Shown here piece by piece: positions 1 through 11,642 of a DNA stretch of 64,000 nucleotides (position 1 is its first letter; every line of letters starts with the position of its first letter). The position numbers were made by a program, and so were the translations under genes. The DNA comes from Octopus vulgaris. Lineage: Eukaryota. The notes beneath the pieces were generated by a model, which saw only the letters and a list, made by a program, of their open reading frames with translations, did not search any database and was not told the origin of the DNA. The stretch is from assembly GCA_951406725.2 (NCBI GenBank), contig OX597821.1:101246001-101310000 (forward strand), in the 5' to 3' direction.

Positions 1-192
1 TATTCAAAAATGTCAGTTTAGCCTAATGTATTGGACATTAGCAGCCTGGGAAGCTGGTTGAAAGTTTGACTGACCAAGTCTAACTGTTGATAATTTGAAA
101 GTAGCTTGTTTGGAATTTAAGTTTGGTATTCTTAATAAAAGGAATTTATTTGAAAATAAATCAATCTTACATTTGTATTCTCATATATATAT

Positions 193-565
193 AGGCATGA
201 CTGTAATTAAGAAGCTTGCTTGCCAACCGTTTGGTCTTGGGTTCAGTCCTACTATACTGCACCTTGGACAAGTATCTTCTACTGTATGACCCAGACTGAC
301 CAATGCCTTGTTAGGGAATTTGGTAAATGGAAACTGTATAGAAGCCTGCTGTGTGTGTATATATATCTATGTATGTTTATGTTTGTCTCATCTCCACCAC
401 TTGACAACCGATGTTGGTTTGTTTGTGTCCCCATGATTTAGCTGTTCGGCAGAAGAGACTGATAGAATAAGTACCTGATTAAAAGAAATAAGTACTGGGC
501 TTGATTTGTTGAAGGTGATGCCCAGCATAACTGCACTATATTGACTGGAACAAGTAACTGATAAA
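193..565 (+). mobile_element. tRNA-derived SINE, family A (CORE-like central domain)
   Basis: Pol III-like head (GGCATGACTGT...GGGTTCAGTCCT B box), then CACCTTGGACAAGTATCTTCTAC CORE-like motif, internal (TG)-rich spacer and 3' ACTGGAACAAGTAA tail shared with many other copies in the window. Confidence 0.85.
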
Positions 566-1452
566 GGATATATGAAAATAAACTTTGTCATAACCAAATC
601 ATTTGTGTAACTACATGTTCTGATAGACTGCATATGGATTGAACCATCAACAACAGGAATGGAGAAAAGAAACTGAAGTAGGATACACTCTAGTGATAGA
701 GGATGAAGATTATATTTTAGGCTGACACTTGTATAAAGACCTATCGAAATGTTACCCTTTTCTTCTGGCACAGCATTATTACAGAACTGACTATATTATT
801 TATTTATATCCATTCTATAGCCATGAAGCTGTCACATAAGTGGATTGAAATTAATTTCATTGATTTGTTCTTTAAATTGTTGAAGTGAAAATGGGGAAAG
901 AATGTTTCTGTTTGTCTCATCTCCACCACTTGACAACCGATGTTGGTTTGTTTGTGTCCCCATGATTTAGCTGTTCGGCAGAAGAGACTGATAGAATAAG
1001 TACCTGATTAAAAGAAATAAGTACTGGGCTTGATTTGTTGAAGGTGATGCCCAGCATAACTGCACTATATTGACTGGAACAAGTAACTGATAAAGGATAT
1101 ATGAAAATAAACTTTGTCATAGCCAAATCATTTGTGTAACTACATGTTCTGATAGACTGCATATGGATTGAACCATCAACAACAGGAATGGAGAAAAGAA
1201 ACTGAAGTGGGATACACTCTAGTGATAGAGGATGTGAAGATTAATATTTTAGGCTGGACACTTCCTGTTATAAAGTACCTATCTGAAATGTTACCCTTTT
1301 CTTCATTTTATGGCACAGCATTATACAGAACTTGACTATATTATTTATTTATTTATCCATTCTATAGCCATGAAGGCTGGTCACAATAAGTGGATTGAAA
1401 TTAATTTCATTGATTTGTTCTTTAAATTGTTGGTGAAGTGAAAATGGGGAAA

Positions 1453-1454
<2 letters not shown>
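373..1454. repeat. ~530-550 bp direct tandem duplication (373-901 / 902-1454)
   Basis: First ~330 bp of the two copies nearly identical; last ~200 bp differ almost only by small deletions in copy 1. Confidence 0.95.

Positions 1455-1455
<1 letters not shown>

Positions 1456-1503
<48 letters not shown>
1456..1503. repeat. (TG)n microsatellite
   Basis: Perfect dinucleotide run. Confidence 0.99.
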
Positions 1504-1507
<4 letters not shown>

Positions 1508-1509
1508 AC

Positions 1510-1840
1510 AGTCTGATAAAAAGTTTGCTTCCTCATTACATTGTTTTAGGTTCAGTCCCATTATATTGCATCTTGGGCCCCCCCACACTAAACAAAACTT
1601 TGTAAGTAGATTTCATAAATGGAAATTATCATGTGTGTATATATGTTTTTCTGTTTGTGTACAAGCGGTTTGGATTGCTTCCAATCCTCCATGAAAACCT
1701 CACTGCCCATGGGGAAAATGTTACCTTACTTAGAAAAAGATTGGTAACAGAGTATTGACCATAAAAATTCTATCTCAATATATTTGAGCCATTCAAGAAT
1801 GGAAAAGTGGATGTTAAAACAATCATGATACTGATGATAT
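1510..1840 (+). mobile_element. Degraded SINE with family A head and RTE-type 3' tail
   Basis: GGTTCAGTCCCA B box; 3' GGAAAAGTGGATGTTAAAAC...GATGAT tail like 3510-3945 and 4720-4922. Confidence 0.65.
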
Positions 1841-2143
1841 GTATATAAGTGTATGTATATGTGTATCTACCTATATTTATATGTTTATGAGTCTGTATGT
1901 ATGCACACATACACACACACATATCTATCTAGCTATCTATCTATCTGCACACACACACATATGCATGCATGCTTGAAGGCTGGCCAAAGCTTAAAAGTTG
2001 CTGTCATCCCTCTTGTAAAAGTTTCATAAGCATGTACTTTACTAAAGAGAATCAAGTAATTCTTCAATTTAATTTTAAATTGTCTTTGTACATGACTTCA
2101 TATGGAAACAAACATTAATATATATATATATATATATAATATT

Positions 2144-2686
2144 AATAATTTCTTAAGTAACGAGAAGATGGATTTGGTATTAATCTTTATTTTATACAAC
2201 GGTTGTTTCAACTGCTACTGTCTCTTATGGGTGGGACTCTGTTCAACGTGTTGCATCCATTTTGCAGTCTGGGTCTCATGAGGTACATCCATACATAAAG
2301 ATTCCCTAACCAGACTGGTATATAACAACATGACAGCCAAAACTCAGGATCTCTAGTGAGACACAACTTTATGTATGGATGTACCTCATGAGACCCAGAC
2401 TGCAGAATTGATACAATACAACATTTTGAAAGGAGTCCTACCCATAAGGGACAGTAGCAAGATAGGTCAAAACAACCATTGTACAAAATAAAGATTAATA
2501 CCAAACCCATCTTCTGGTTACATAAGAAATTATTATTATTATCTCAACCAACACTGCGGAGTTCCTGAAGTAGATCCAACAGTAATATACCCCGACTGTG
2601 GATGACTCCAGGTAGCCTAAACTGTGCCAGTGCCCTACTAAACACTTCAACACACTAATCAACATATAACCTTTAGTCCAAAATAT

Positions 2687-2690
<4 letters not shown>
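2144..2690. mobile_element. Penelope-like element remnant: long inverted repeat plus degenerate hammerhead motif, between (TA)n tracts
   Basis: Arms 2144-2300 and 2367-2534 are reverse complements (2263-2300/2367-2404 perfect 38 bp); 2552-2632 has CTGAAG, stem ATCCAACAGT/ACTGTGGAT, then GACTCC. The Penelope-like class is inferred. Confidence 0.6.
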
Positions 2691-2721
<31 letters not shown>

Positions 2722-2725
<4 letters not shown>

Positions 2726-3087
2726 CTTTCAGTCATTTGACTGCAGTCATGCTGGGTCACCACCTTAAATTTTTTTTAGTCAAATGAATTGACCCCAGTA
2801 CTTATTTTTTAAACCTGGTACTTATTCTATCAGGGTTTTTTTTGCCCAACCGCTAAGTTATGGGAACACAAACACACCAACACTTGTTGTCAAGCAATGG
2901 TGAAGGGACAAACAAAGACACGCACACACACATAGATTTATATATACAAATCCTGTCTACCAAATCCTCTCACAAGGCTTTGGTCAGCCTGAGGCTATGG
3001 TAAAAGACACTTGCACAAGGTGTCATGCAGTGGGACTGAACCCAGGACCATGTGGTTGAGAAGCAAGCTTCTTACCACACAGCTATG
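2722..3087 (-). mobile_element. SINE family A, full length
   Basis: Reverse complement of the family A head (GGGACTGAACCC, AGACACTTGCACAAGGTG) and tail. Confidence 0.9.
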
Positions 3088-3336
3088 TATGAATTTATTT
3101 GTATATGACCTCTGAATCAAGAAAGCTAGTGATGCATTTGGAAAATTGGATAGATATTTATGGTCTTAGCATGAATTGAGACAAAGTTGAAGATCTACAA
3201 AAATTGCATTGTCTTCATAGGGTGACTTATCAGTGACACATGAAAAGGTCTCTGCCCTGTACTGGTTATCCAATGGTAAATGCATGTTAGTGGTATTCAA
3301 TTCCTCAAATGAATTCAGTCTACTAATCATAACAAT

Positions 3337-3500
3337 GATCATGATAAGATTTCTAAGCAATTTATGTATGGTGAGTTAGCCCAGGGTGAAAGACTAGCAG
3401 GCAAACCAAAATTAAGTTATAAGGGCAGATTTAAGAATACACTGAAAAAGTCAAAACCTTGGAAAATAAATAGGGAAAACTCCTAAATTGTGGATGATAG
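3337..3500 (+). mobile_element. RTE-clade LINE ORF 3' fragment
   Basis: Translates KQFMYGELAQGERLAGKPKLSYKGRFKNTLKK, matching the RTE C-terminal motif LYGEL..G.R..GRPK.RYKD..K..LK. Confidence 0.75.
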
Positions 3501-3509
3501 TAGGAGGGA

Positions 3510-3945
3510 ATGGCACCTTGGGCAAGTATCTTCTACAAGCCTTGCAATTGGATTTGGCAGATAGAAACTGAAAGAAGCCTACTGTATATATAAATGTGTG
3601 TATGTGTGTGTTTTTGAGAGAGAGTTTATGACTTAAATCTCTGTATGTGTTATCTGGTTCGTAAACAGGGGCTTCACTGTTAGTGTCATTTGCTTGCAGC
3701 CTACTATGGAAGCATTTCTAAGTTTCTTGATGTCTTCATGTGCTGTGTGATCTTTATAAACAAAATGCACATTTGACTCCAGTTCTTCATGTAAACATAT
3801 CGAGGCTGTTTATTGTTTGATAGACTGCTAGATTTTTACCTCACTTGGAAACAGATAGTTGACATCAGGAAGGGCATCCAGCCATAATAAACTCCTTTAC
3901 TACAAACACATTGACCCATGTAAGCTTGGAAAAGTGAGCATTAAA
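3510..3945 (+). mobile_element. SINE with CORE-like head and RTE-type tail
   Basis: GGCACCTTGGGCAAGTATCTTCTAC at the start; AGGAAGGGCATCCAGCC...GACCCATGTAAGCTTGGAAAAGTG at the end. Confidence 0.75.
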
Positions 3946-4609
3946 ACAACAATGGTGTATATTTGTGTGTGCACACACACACACAAACATGATATATACA
4001 TAGCTGCATATATTGTATATATATATGTTTATGTGTGTATGTGGGTATTGTAATGTAATGTGTTATAAGAAAATCTAAACAGTGTTTCTTCATTAAAGAG
4101 TCTTTCAAATGTGTTATGAATCTTTTAGAATTGCTATAGAATTTAAATTTTACTAACAAGTACAATTATTCCTTTTGAATATGCAGGTTTCTTTTGCACA
4201 TGCAACTTTACATGATTAAACTGCATCAAAAATATCACTACTTTTTAACAGGTTTTGTAGCACACAAGCTACACCTTATTTCCAATATATAAGGGTTTGT
4301 TTTCATTTTAAAAATCAATAGCAGTTGGAAACAGCTCTGTGCCTTTTTTTTTATCTCATTTATAAAGGAAGGAATATTGATTATATTCATGAAAATGGGT
4401 GTAAAATATGAAGAATAAATCCAATTATATTTTAATCAACTTCTAAATAATGAGCATCCACAGTACTGCCTTTGAAAAAAAAGCACCTATTGCCTCTCCA
4501 AACAAATTCATAAAAGCCTTTTGTTCTGTAAGTTTCTTGGTGGGGGAAGAAATGAAAAAAATGCTTTTTGGATGGATTCAGTATTATTGTGAAATTATGC
4601 TAATGTTAT

Positions 4610-4922
4610 TAGTGACTCGTCACTTAACTATACATAAGGTTGACCTGGGGCTATAGTAAAAGGCACTTTGTGTAAGTGGGTTCTACAACCCTGGGCTGAC
4701 CAAAACCTTGTGAGCATCACCATCATACAAGCAAGATTGTTCATTTTCAGTTTTCCATGAAATACTTATCTAGCTATGGGAAATATCATCTTATCTGGAA
4801 ATAAGTGAAGGTTATTGACAAGGAGGACATCCAGCTGTAGACAATCTTCCTCAACAAATTCTGTCTAACACATGCAAGCATGGAAAAGTGCATGCTACAT
4901 GATGATGGTGGTAGTGGTGATG
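4610..4922 (+). mobile_element. Rearranged SINE fragments ending in an RTE-type (GAT)n tail
   Basis: CATGCAAGCATGGAAAAGTG...GATGATG tail; family A fragments upstream. Confidence 0.7.
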
Positions 4923-5559
4923 AGGCAAAGCCTATATTTTAAGTATTTTCTCTTGAGAAAAAACTACTGTCAGGGAAACCAACTGAGAACCAACTTATTT
5001 ATCTGACAATTGTGTTGAATATAATTTCTGATGCTGCTAGGTAAAATAGCTAATCATAACATCATCTTATATTATCTTGATAAAATTAATAAGAGTATTA
5101 AATATAGGCAACTTTATGATAGTCTGAGGTAGTTATTTAGCTGTTTAAATCATTGGCTGGGTTCATGCTACATTTTTAGCCAATTATTTCATACAGGAAA
5201 GTAATTACTCTATGTGACTGAACATGGCTAAGATTAAGGTATTATCAGAGGACTCACTAAAGTATGTCTGCTTTATAAAAGTACTTTCCTGTTTGGCAAT
5301 AAAAAAGAACTCTCTTTTGTACAAGACAATATAATAGATATATTATAGATATGACACTGTATAGTAATAAAACTTGGATAGATAAGTCAGAAGACAAGTC
5401 ACAGTTGGAAAAGAATGAGTTAAATATGGTCAATTACATTTAAGATACTCGAAGTTTCTATGGAAAACTACAAATGAGCAGCATCATTTGTATGGTGGTG
5501 ATACTTATTTACAACCATCACACAGTGTCAAGACAAGGCTGCACCTACTTACATAAATA

Positions 5560-5722
5560 TATGCATGATGGACTTCTTTCAGTTTTAGTCTTCCAAATCC
5601 ACTCACAAAGCTTTGGTTGGCCTGGGGCTGTAGTTGAAGACACTTGCTCAAGGTGCTGCATAGTGAAACTGAACCTAAGAAAACATGGTTGGAAAGCAAG
5701 TTTCTCAACCACACAACCATAG
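5560..5722 (-). mobile_element. SINE family A 5' half
   Basis: TTCCAAATCCACTCACAAAGCTTTGGTTGGCC...GACACTTGCTCAAGGTG. Confidence 0.85.
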
Positions 5723-6089
5723 TAACACTTAATGTATTTAATCTTCAATAACATCTAAATTTGATGTTCTAACTGTTATACAAAATGATTGAATTTTATA
5801 CTTGATGTCTTCTAAGACGTCAATAATTTTATAGCTTAAGGCTGCTGCAAATTTTTTCTGATAGTTACCATATGATAAGATTTTTATCAATTTAATTTCG
5901 AATTGTCAACATAAAGGTGGAATCAGTATCACTAGAAAAGATAGTATGATTAAACAATTGACATATAAGCATGATTCAGTCACTTTAAAGATGTAGAAAA
6001 AATGTCTGTGTGAAAGGTATAGTATCCATTGCAAACAAAGCAAAATGTGAGATTTTCACCATCACAATCAACATCATTATTGTCATTAT

Positions 6090-6330
6090 TGTTTTAATGC
6101 CTGCAGTGTGAGATAGATAGATCACCTGATCAATCTGCAACATATCAATTATCCAGTTGTTTTGATGTTGTGCTGTCTCATTTCTGCATTCTCTGATATG
6201 ACCTTCTAGATGTTCAGAGGTCTTTGTTACAATACCATACACACAAAACATATTTTCATACAGAAGGAACTATTTACATTTCTTGTACATACTAGCTTAG
6301 CCAAATCCATATACATTAGCCAAAACCTCT
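6090..6330 (-). mobile_element. Highly decayed RTE-like LINE fragment
   Basis: Minus strand resembles an RTE RT C-terminal region; weak. Confidence 0.4.
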
Positions 6331-6759
6331 GATGTATAACTGTTTTCTCAATTGTACTCTGTCTTTTTTAGAAATTGATATTACACATCCAGCAGACCAA
6401 TTCATTTTTCTGTGACTTCTGCATTCAACAAAGTATTAAAATATTCTAATTGATAATCAGAAATGGGCTTGAAATTATAATAGATTTAAATGTTGTGTTG
6501 ACTTTTGTATTAATGACCTATGTAAAACATAAAAGTAGAATTTTCTAAGGAAAAAAAATGGACCAAGTTTAGAAATGTATTAATTTCTAGATTCGGAAAT
6601 CATTTCCATTACAAAGTATAGAAAATAAGTTTTTTAAAGCACAGTAAGTAATTTGTATAGAAAAGAAAAGGAACCAGATAAAAATGATTTGACTCCTAAT
6701 AATTGCAAAACTAGTAGCAATTATTGCTCTCAAAAGCTTTAATTCTTTGAATCAGATTT

Positions 6760-7130
6760 ATGTCTTTTACTTGTTTCAGTCATTGGACTGTGGCCTTGTT
6801 GAGGTGCCACACTGAAGGGTTTAGTTGAACAAATTGACCCCAGTACATATTTTTAAGTCTGGTCCTTATTCTATAGGTCATTTTGCTGAACCCCTAAGCT
6901 GTTGGAACATAAACAAACCAACACTGTTTGTTATACAATGGGGGTGAGGCAAACACCAATATACACATACTTCTATAAATATGAAAGGCTTCTACACATT
7001 TTCTGTCTACCAAAGTCACTCACAAGACATTAGCCAGCCCAGAGCTATGGTAGAAAACACTTGTCCAAGTTACCATGCAGCAAGAATGAAACTGAAATCA
7101 TGTAGTTGCTAAGCAAGCTTCTTAACCATA
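6760..7130 (-). mobile_element. SINE family A, full length
   Basis: TTTTACTTGTTTCAGTCATTGGACTG tail through GCAAGCTTCTTAACCA head. Confidence 0.9.
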
Positions 7131-8174
7131 CAAATTTGCTTGTCCTGTACAGTCATATTGAATCTTCTGTGAATTGTATAATTTGAAGTGTTTTAATGAA
7201 TGTTATTCTATATTGAATACTTTCAATTTGGTTCTACTGAAATTCCTTCTGCTTGATATACTTTTGTTATGAATATTTTGGAGAATGTACATTTCATCTT
7301 AAACAACATTGAAGTATGGTTGATAGCTTAATGTCATCAGTATATCAACTAAGCTTCCCTGACTACTTGAGCTCTTTCGCATCTTTCTGATTTAGAACTG
7401 TCATGTCGCACCATTCATCATAAAAGATTTCTTAGTAAGATTATTATAAGTAGTAGCAATCTATCTCTTACTCTTCAAGAATCCAATAATGCAAATACAA
7501 AATTCTTCCCTTATAAACACATTGCTCACAGTTTATGATCAGCAATACTTTCATCTATCTTAGCAAGAATTTTCTAAAGCTTCTGCTGTGTACAATTAAT
7601 ACTTTACTTTAAAAGATCTAACTCTTGTCTTACTAGAAATTAAGTTCGATAAAGCAGCTTTATTGTGTCAAAGTGATATTGAAAGTATTTTCTTAAAAGT
7701 AACTTTTTTCTTTGAGCATCTTGGAGGAGATTTTTTTTATTTTGTTTTACTTCTACTTTTATTTTAACTTTACAGATATTTTGTAGCACTTAGCATTTTG
7801 GATTATAACAACCATTTTATTATACATTCTTCTGTTTATATGTACATTTATGTGGAAGAAATTGATTCAAAATTATATTATTTTATTTCATTTATAGCAT
7901 TCATTTTATTATAGCAAACCAACATGTATTTTCTTGGCTCTTCTTTTGCATGTGTGTGTGTCTAAGTAGAATAAAACACAAGAAGAAAGAGTACCTTAGG
8001 ATAGAAACTTGCTAGTTATATTCATTCAAGACATATAAGTTATAGATCTATCTAAAAAGAAGATTATATACATAAACACAATTTGCAAAGAGCAATACCT
8101 TGAGTTGAAATAATTGCGGTTTCCGTAACAATCTTGTTTTCTGATTGAGGTTGTTAGTCTTAAGTCAACCCCTT

Positions 8175-8600
8175 TAGGCTGTTCTTCTTTATGGATCAGA
8201 AACTTAGAGGGTCACCAAAGCCATAAAGAGTAAGCTACAGCCCTTCATCAACAAATATCTGCACTGCATAATCAAGATCTGGTGGCCAGACAAAATTTCA
8301 AACAAAAATCCATGGTGTAGAACGAACCACACTCCCATCAATCAAAAAATTCTGAAAGGGAAATGGAGCTGGATTGGTCAACTCTGAGGAGACCTCCAAG
8401 CATTATTGCAAGACAAGTGTTAGAGTGGCAACCTGGAGGAAATAGGTAAGTTAGATGATCTAAGAAGACCTAGAAAGGATGCATGGGGGAATGAAGTGAA
8501 AGCATATCAGTCTCTTTTGGTCTGAAATCAAGGAGATAGTCCAAGATCATAACCACCGGCATGAAATAGTCATGACCCTATTCTTACAGAGTTATATGAA
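8175..8600 (+). mobile_element. RTE-clade LINE ORF 3' fragment
   Basis: Translates AVLLYGSET*RVTKAIKSKLQPFINKYLHCIIKIWWPDKISN...KWSWIG..LRRPPSIIARQVLEWQPGG with stops and frameshifts. Confidence 0.85.
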
Positions 8601-9039
8601 CTAACTAACAATCACTCTGAGGGTTGTATTGTTTGAGTCTTTTCTTTCAAATTAGGAGTAACTTCTTTATCCAAAATATTTTTGTTTCTTGTTTGCGTTT
8701 TTCTTTTGTTTTGCTTCTTTTTAACCAACCACTAATAAAAAAAAATGTCTAATTTTTTCTTGTTATAACTCCTTATCACCTTTACTCATAACATTGACAA
8801 AGCACCCATTGTTAAGCAATATATTCTCTAACCTTTTAAAAAATACAGCCAATAAACCTTTCACTATGAATAATCAATTGGTATCCTTAATTTTTTCCCT
8901 CCCACTTATAACACTGGACATCAATAATGCTATCAACAGGGTTTGGCTTCATACATAATAGAGATATTAAAGAATAAATATCAATCAGTTTATTGACATC
9001 ACTTATGTTGCTATTTATTCAACATTTTTCCTTATATTC

Positions 9040-9072
<33 letters not shown>

Positions 9073-9299
9073 GTTATATTTGAACTGATAAACCCTATTA
9101 TCAAACAAGAATACAATAATGTAATTGGATATTTCCACTGATTTCCATCAGGCCTTTGTGAATAAATTACATTGTCAGTATTTACAAGACTTTTATAAAT
9201 GTTTAGCATATTCTTCTGATCTAAATATCTTAACGTTGAGCAATCTTAAACTTTCTTAGAAATGTAAAACAATATATCATGGAGCAATACTTCACTGGT

Positions 9300-9684
9300 G
9301 TTTTTTTCATCATTGGACTTTGGTCACACCAGGGTACAACTATCTTCAAAGGTATAATTGACTATATCGACCCCACATATTTCAGTTTAGTATTTTGTTC
9401 ATCAAACTCTATTTGTCAAGTCATTAAATTAGAAACTATAAAGGCACACGGCATAAGCAACAACATTGATTTGTAGGTTAACCTAAACATACACATTCAT
9501 ACATGTATATGTATATACACTGAGCTTCTGTATCGTTTCCACCTACCAAATTTCACTCAAAAAGTATTGGTCATGTGAAAGCTGTTGTAGAAGTCACTTG
9601 CCCAAGATGCCGCACAGTGAGATCATACATGGAATCATATGATCATGAAGTAAGCTTCTAAACCATATAGCTATGCCTACTCCT
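9300..9684 (-). mobile_element. SINE family A (decayed)
   Basis: GTAGAAGTCACTTGCCCAAGATGCC, AAGCTTCTAAACCATATAGCTATGCC. Confidence 0.8.
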
Positions 9685-9729
9685 AATGAATGCTTATACA
9701 TAGAGAAAAGTTATCCCAATATCACCATC

Positions 9730-10075
9730 AGGCACAGGCATAACTGTGTGGTTAAGAAGCTTGCTTTGCTACTATGTGGTTTCAGGTTAAGTCCGACTGC
9801 ACAACACTTTCAGAAAGTGACTTCTACCATAGCCCCAGGCTGATCAACGCCCATTGTGAATATGTGTGTTTGTGTTTCTGTTTGTCCCCCCTCTATTACC
9901 TGATGACTGGTGTTGGTTTGTTGATGTCCCTGTAACTTAGTATCTCGGCAAAAGAGACCAATAGAATAAGTACCAAGCTTTAAAAAAGAAAAAGTTCTGG
10001 GGACAGTTTGTTTGACTAAGCCCTTCAAAGCAGTGTCCCAGCTTGGTTACAGTCCAACAACTGGAACAAGTAAAC
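9730..10075 (+). mobile_element. SINE family A
   Basis: GGCACAGGCATAACTGTGTGGTTAAGAAGCTTGC head through ACTGGAACAAGTAAA tail. Confidence 0.9.
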
Positions 10076-10284
10076 AATTCTCTCTTAACTCAAAATAGTG
10101 CTGGCACACAAGTCATTCACAATAACTGTGCATGTAATTTGTTATTAGATGTTCAAAAGTGGAAAATAACAGTGTGGTTAAAGTGTTGGATGGAATATCT
10201 TGAAATAGTTGTACCAGCTCACTACATTCTGAGTTCAGGTCCTGCTAAGATTAATAGATAAAATACCATTTTAATATAGGAGTC

Positions 10285-10388
<104 letters not shown>

Positions 10389-10472
10389 GGGCTCTATGAA
10401 AGGGCTAAGTTAAAAAGCATTGACATCACAGTACCTTTTGCCACCACTCTGTGGACAGATGGAAAAGAATGA

Positions 10473-10508
<36 letters not shown>

Positions 10509-11023
10509 AATAGATATGCAATGGGTTGACTCCTACATCAGGAAAACTTCTTGTTCTTTCTAATTTTCATTTTGTACAACATAGACAATGTGAATTTACT
10601 AATTTCAATGACTGTTAAATTGATTTGATTTATATTGATATTTTTCCAAACATTTCATTTCATTTTGATGTAGTAAGCACAGTTTAAAACACATCATTGA
10701 ATTCAATATATTTCAAATGTATTTAGAATTTATTTTTAGTGGCCATATATCATATCATATCATATATCCCTCTCTTTGTTCTCATGTCACAGCAACATCA
10801 TTGCTCAAGAATCCATCAACTCTTCAATTCACTTTCGCCTTTTCATCGATGTTATTCAATAATCAATAACTTCATATGCTCCAATTCAGGTGATCATTCA
10901 TACATTCCACACATATTTTAAATTCCACCTTCTGTCTACTGCTAATGTAAGTGGTACCTACTACATTTCTGCTTCCTACCTGAATACTGCCTATATATAT
11001 GTGTGTGTGTGTGTGTGTGTATG

Positions 11024-11057
<34 letters not shown>

Positions 11058-11239
11058 TGATAGCTATTAGATAAAGTAATGCTATACAAATATTAAAAGT
11101 TACTTATTAAATAGGATGTGTCGTTAAACTTATTTGCCATTTGAATTTAAATTAATATCATAAACAAATGTGTAGCTATACATCTCCCCAGTCTTTCTAA
11201 TAATATACATTTGTCTATCCATTTGTTTTTGTCACTTAC

Positions 11240-11383
11240 TCATGTGTGTGTGTGTACATATGTATGTACATATTGTATATGTATGTATATGTTGTGTATG
11301 TATGTATAAACACGTTTATGTATACACATTTATGTATATACATGAATACACATTCTGATATAAGTGTGTTTATGCATACATAC

Positions 11384-11433
<50 letters not shown>
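11240..11433. repeat. Compound (TG)/(TA)/(TATG) microsatellite
   Basis: Direct inspection. Confidence 0.95.
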
Positions 11434-11439
<6 letters not shown>

Positions 11440-11635
11440 TAATCCAAACAAGAAAGCACAAAAAAAAACACAACGCGAGGATGTGGAACAAATATAGTAT
11501 TATTTGACGCTCAGGAAAGAAGGAGGGTTTAACGTTTTGAGCGGAGCTCTTCGTCAGAAATATAGGAGAAGGAAAGATCCAGAGAAGAGAAGACAGAGGG
11601 AAAAAAATCGCCAATGGTACACATGAGGTCACATT
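11434..11635 (-). mobile_element. Penelope-like remnant carrying a minimal hammerhead ribozyme motif
   Basis: Minus strand TTTCTGACGAAGAGCTCCGCTCAAAACGTTAAAC; CpG-rich relative to background; flanked by (TA)n; homolog at 25915-26100. Confidence 0.7.
11528..11560 (-). ncRNA. Minimal hammerhead ribozyme motif (probably inactive, GAAA changed to AAAA)
   Basis: CUGACGA-A, stem II GAGC-ucc-GCUC, then AAAAC where GAAAC is expected, followed by palindromic AACGUU. Confidence 0.6.
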
Positions 11636-11642
11636 ATATATA

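Noticed and set aside
388-1162. Pair of near-identical minus-strand ORFs (127 and 81 aa)
   Set aside because: Antisense reading of a SINE within the tandem duplication
5125-5146. TGAGGTAGT let-7-like seed
   Set aside because: Remainder does not match let-7 and no precursor hairpin is evident
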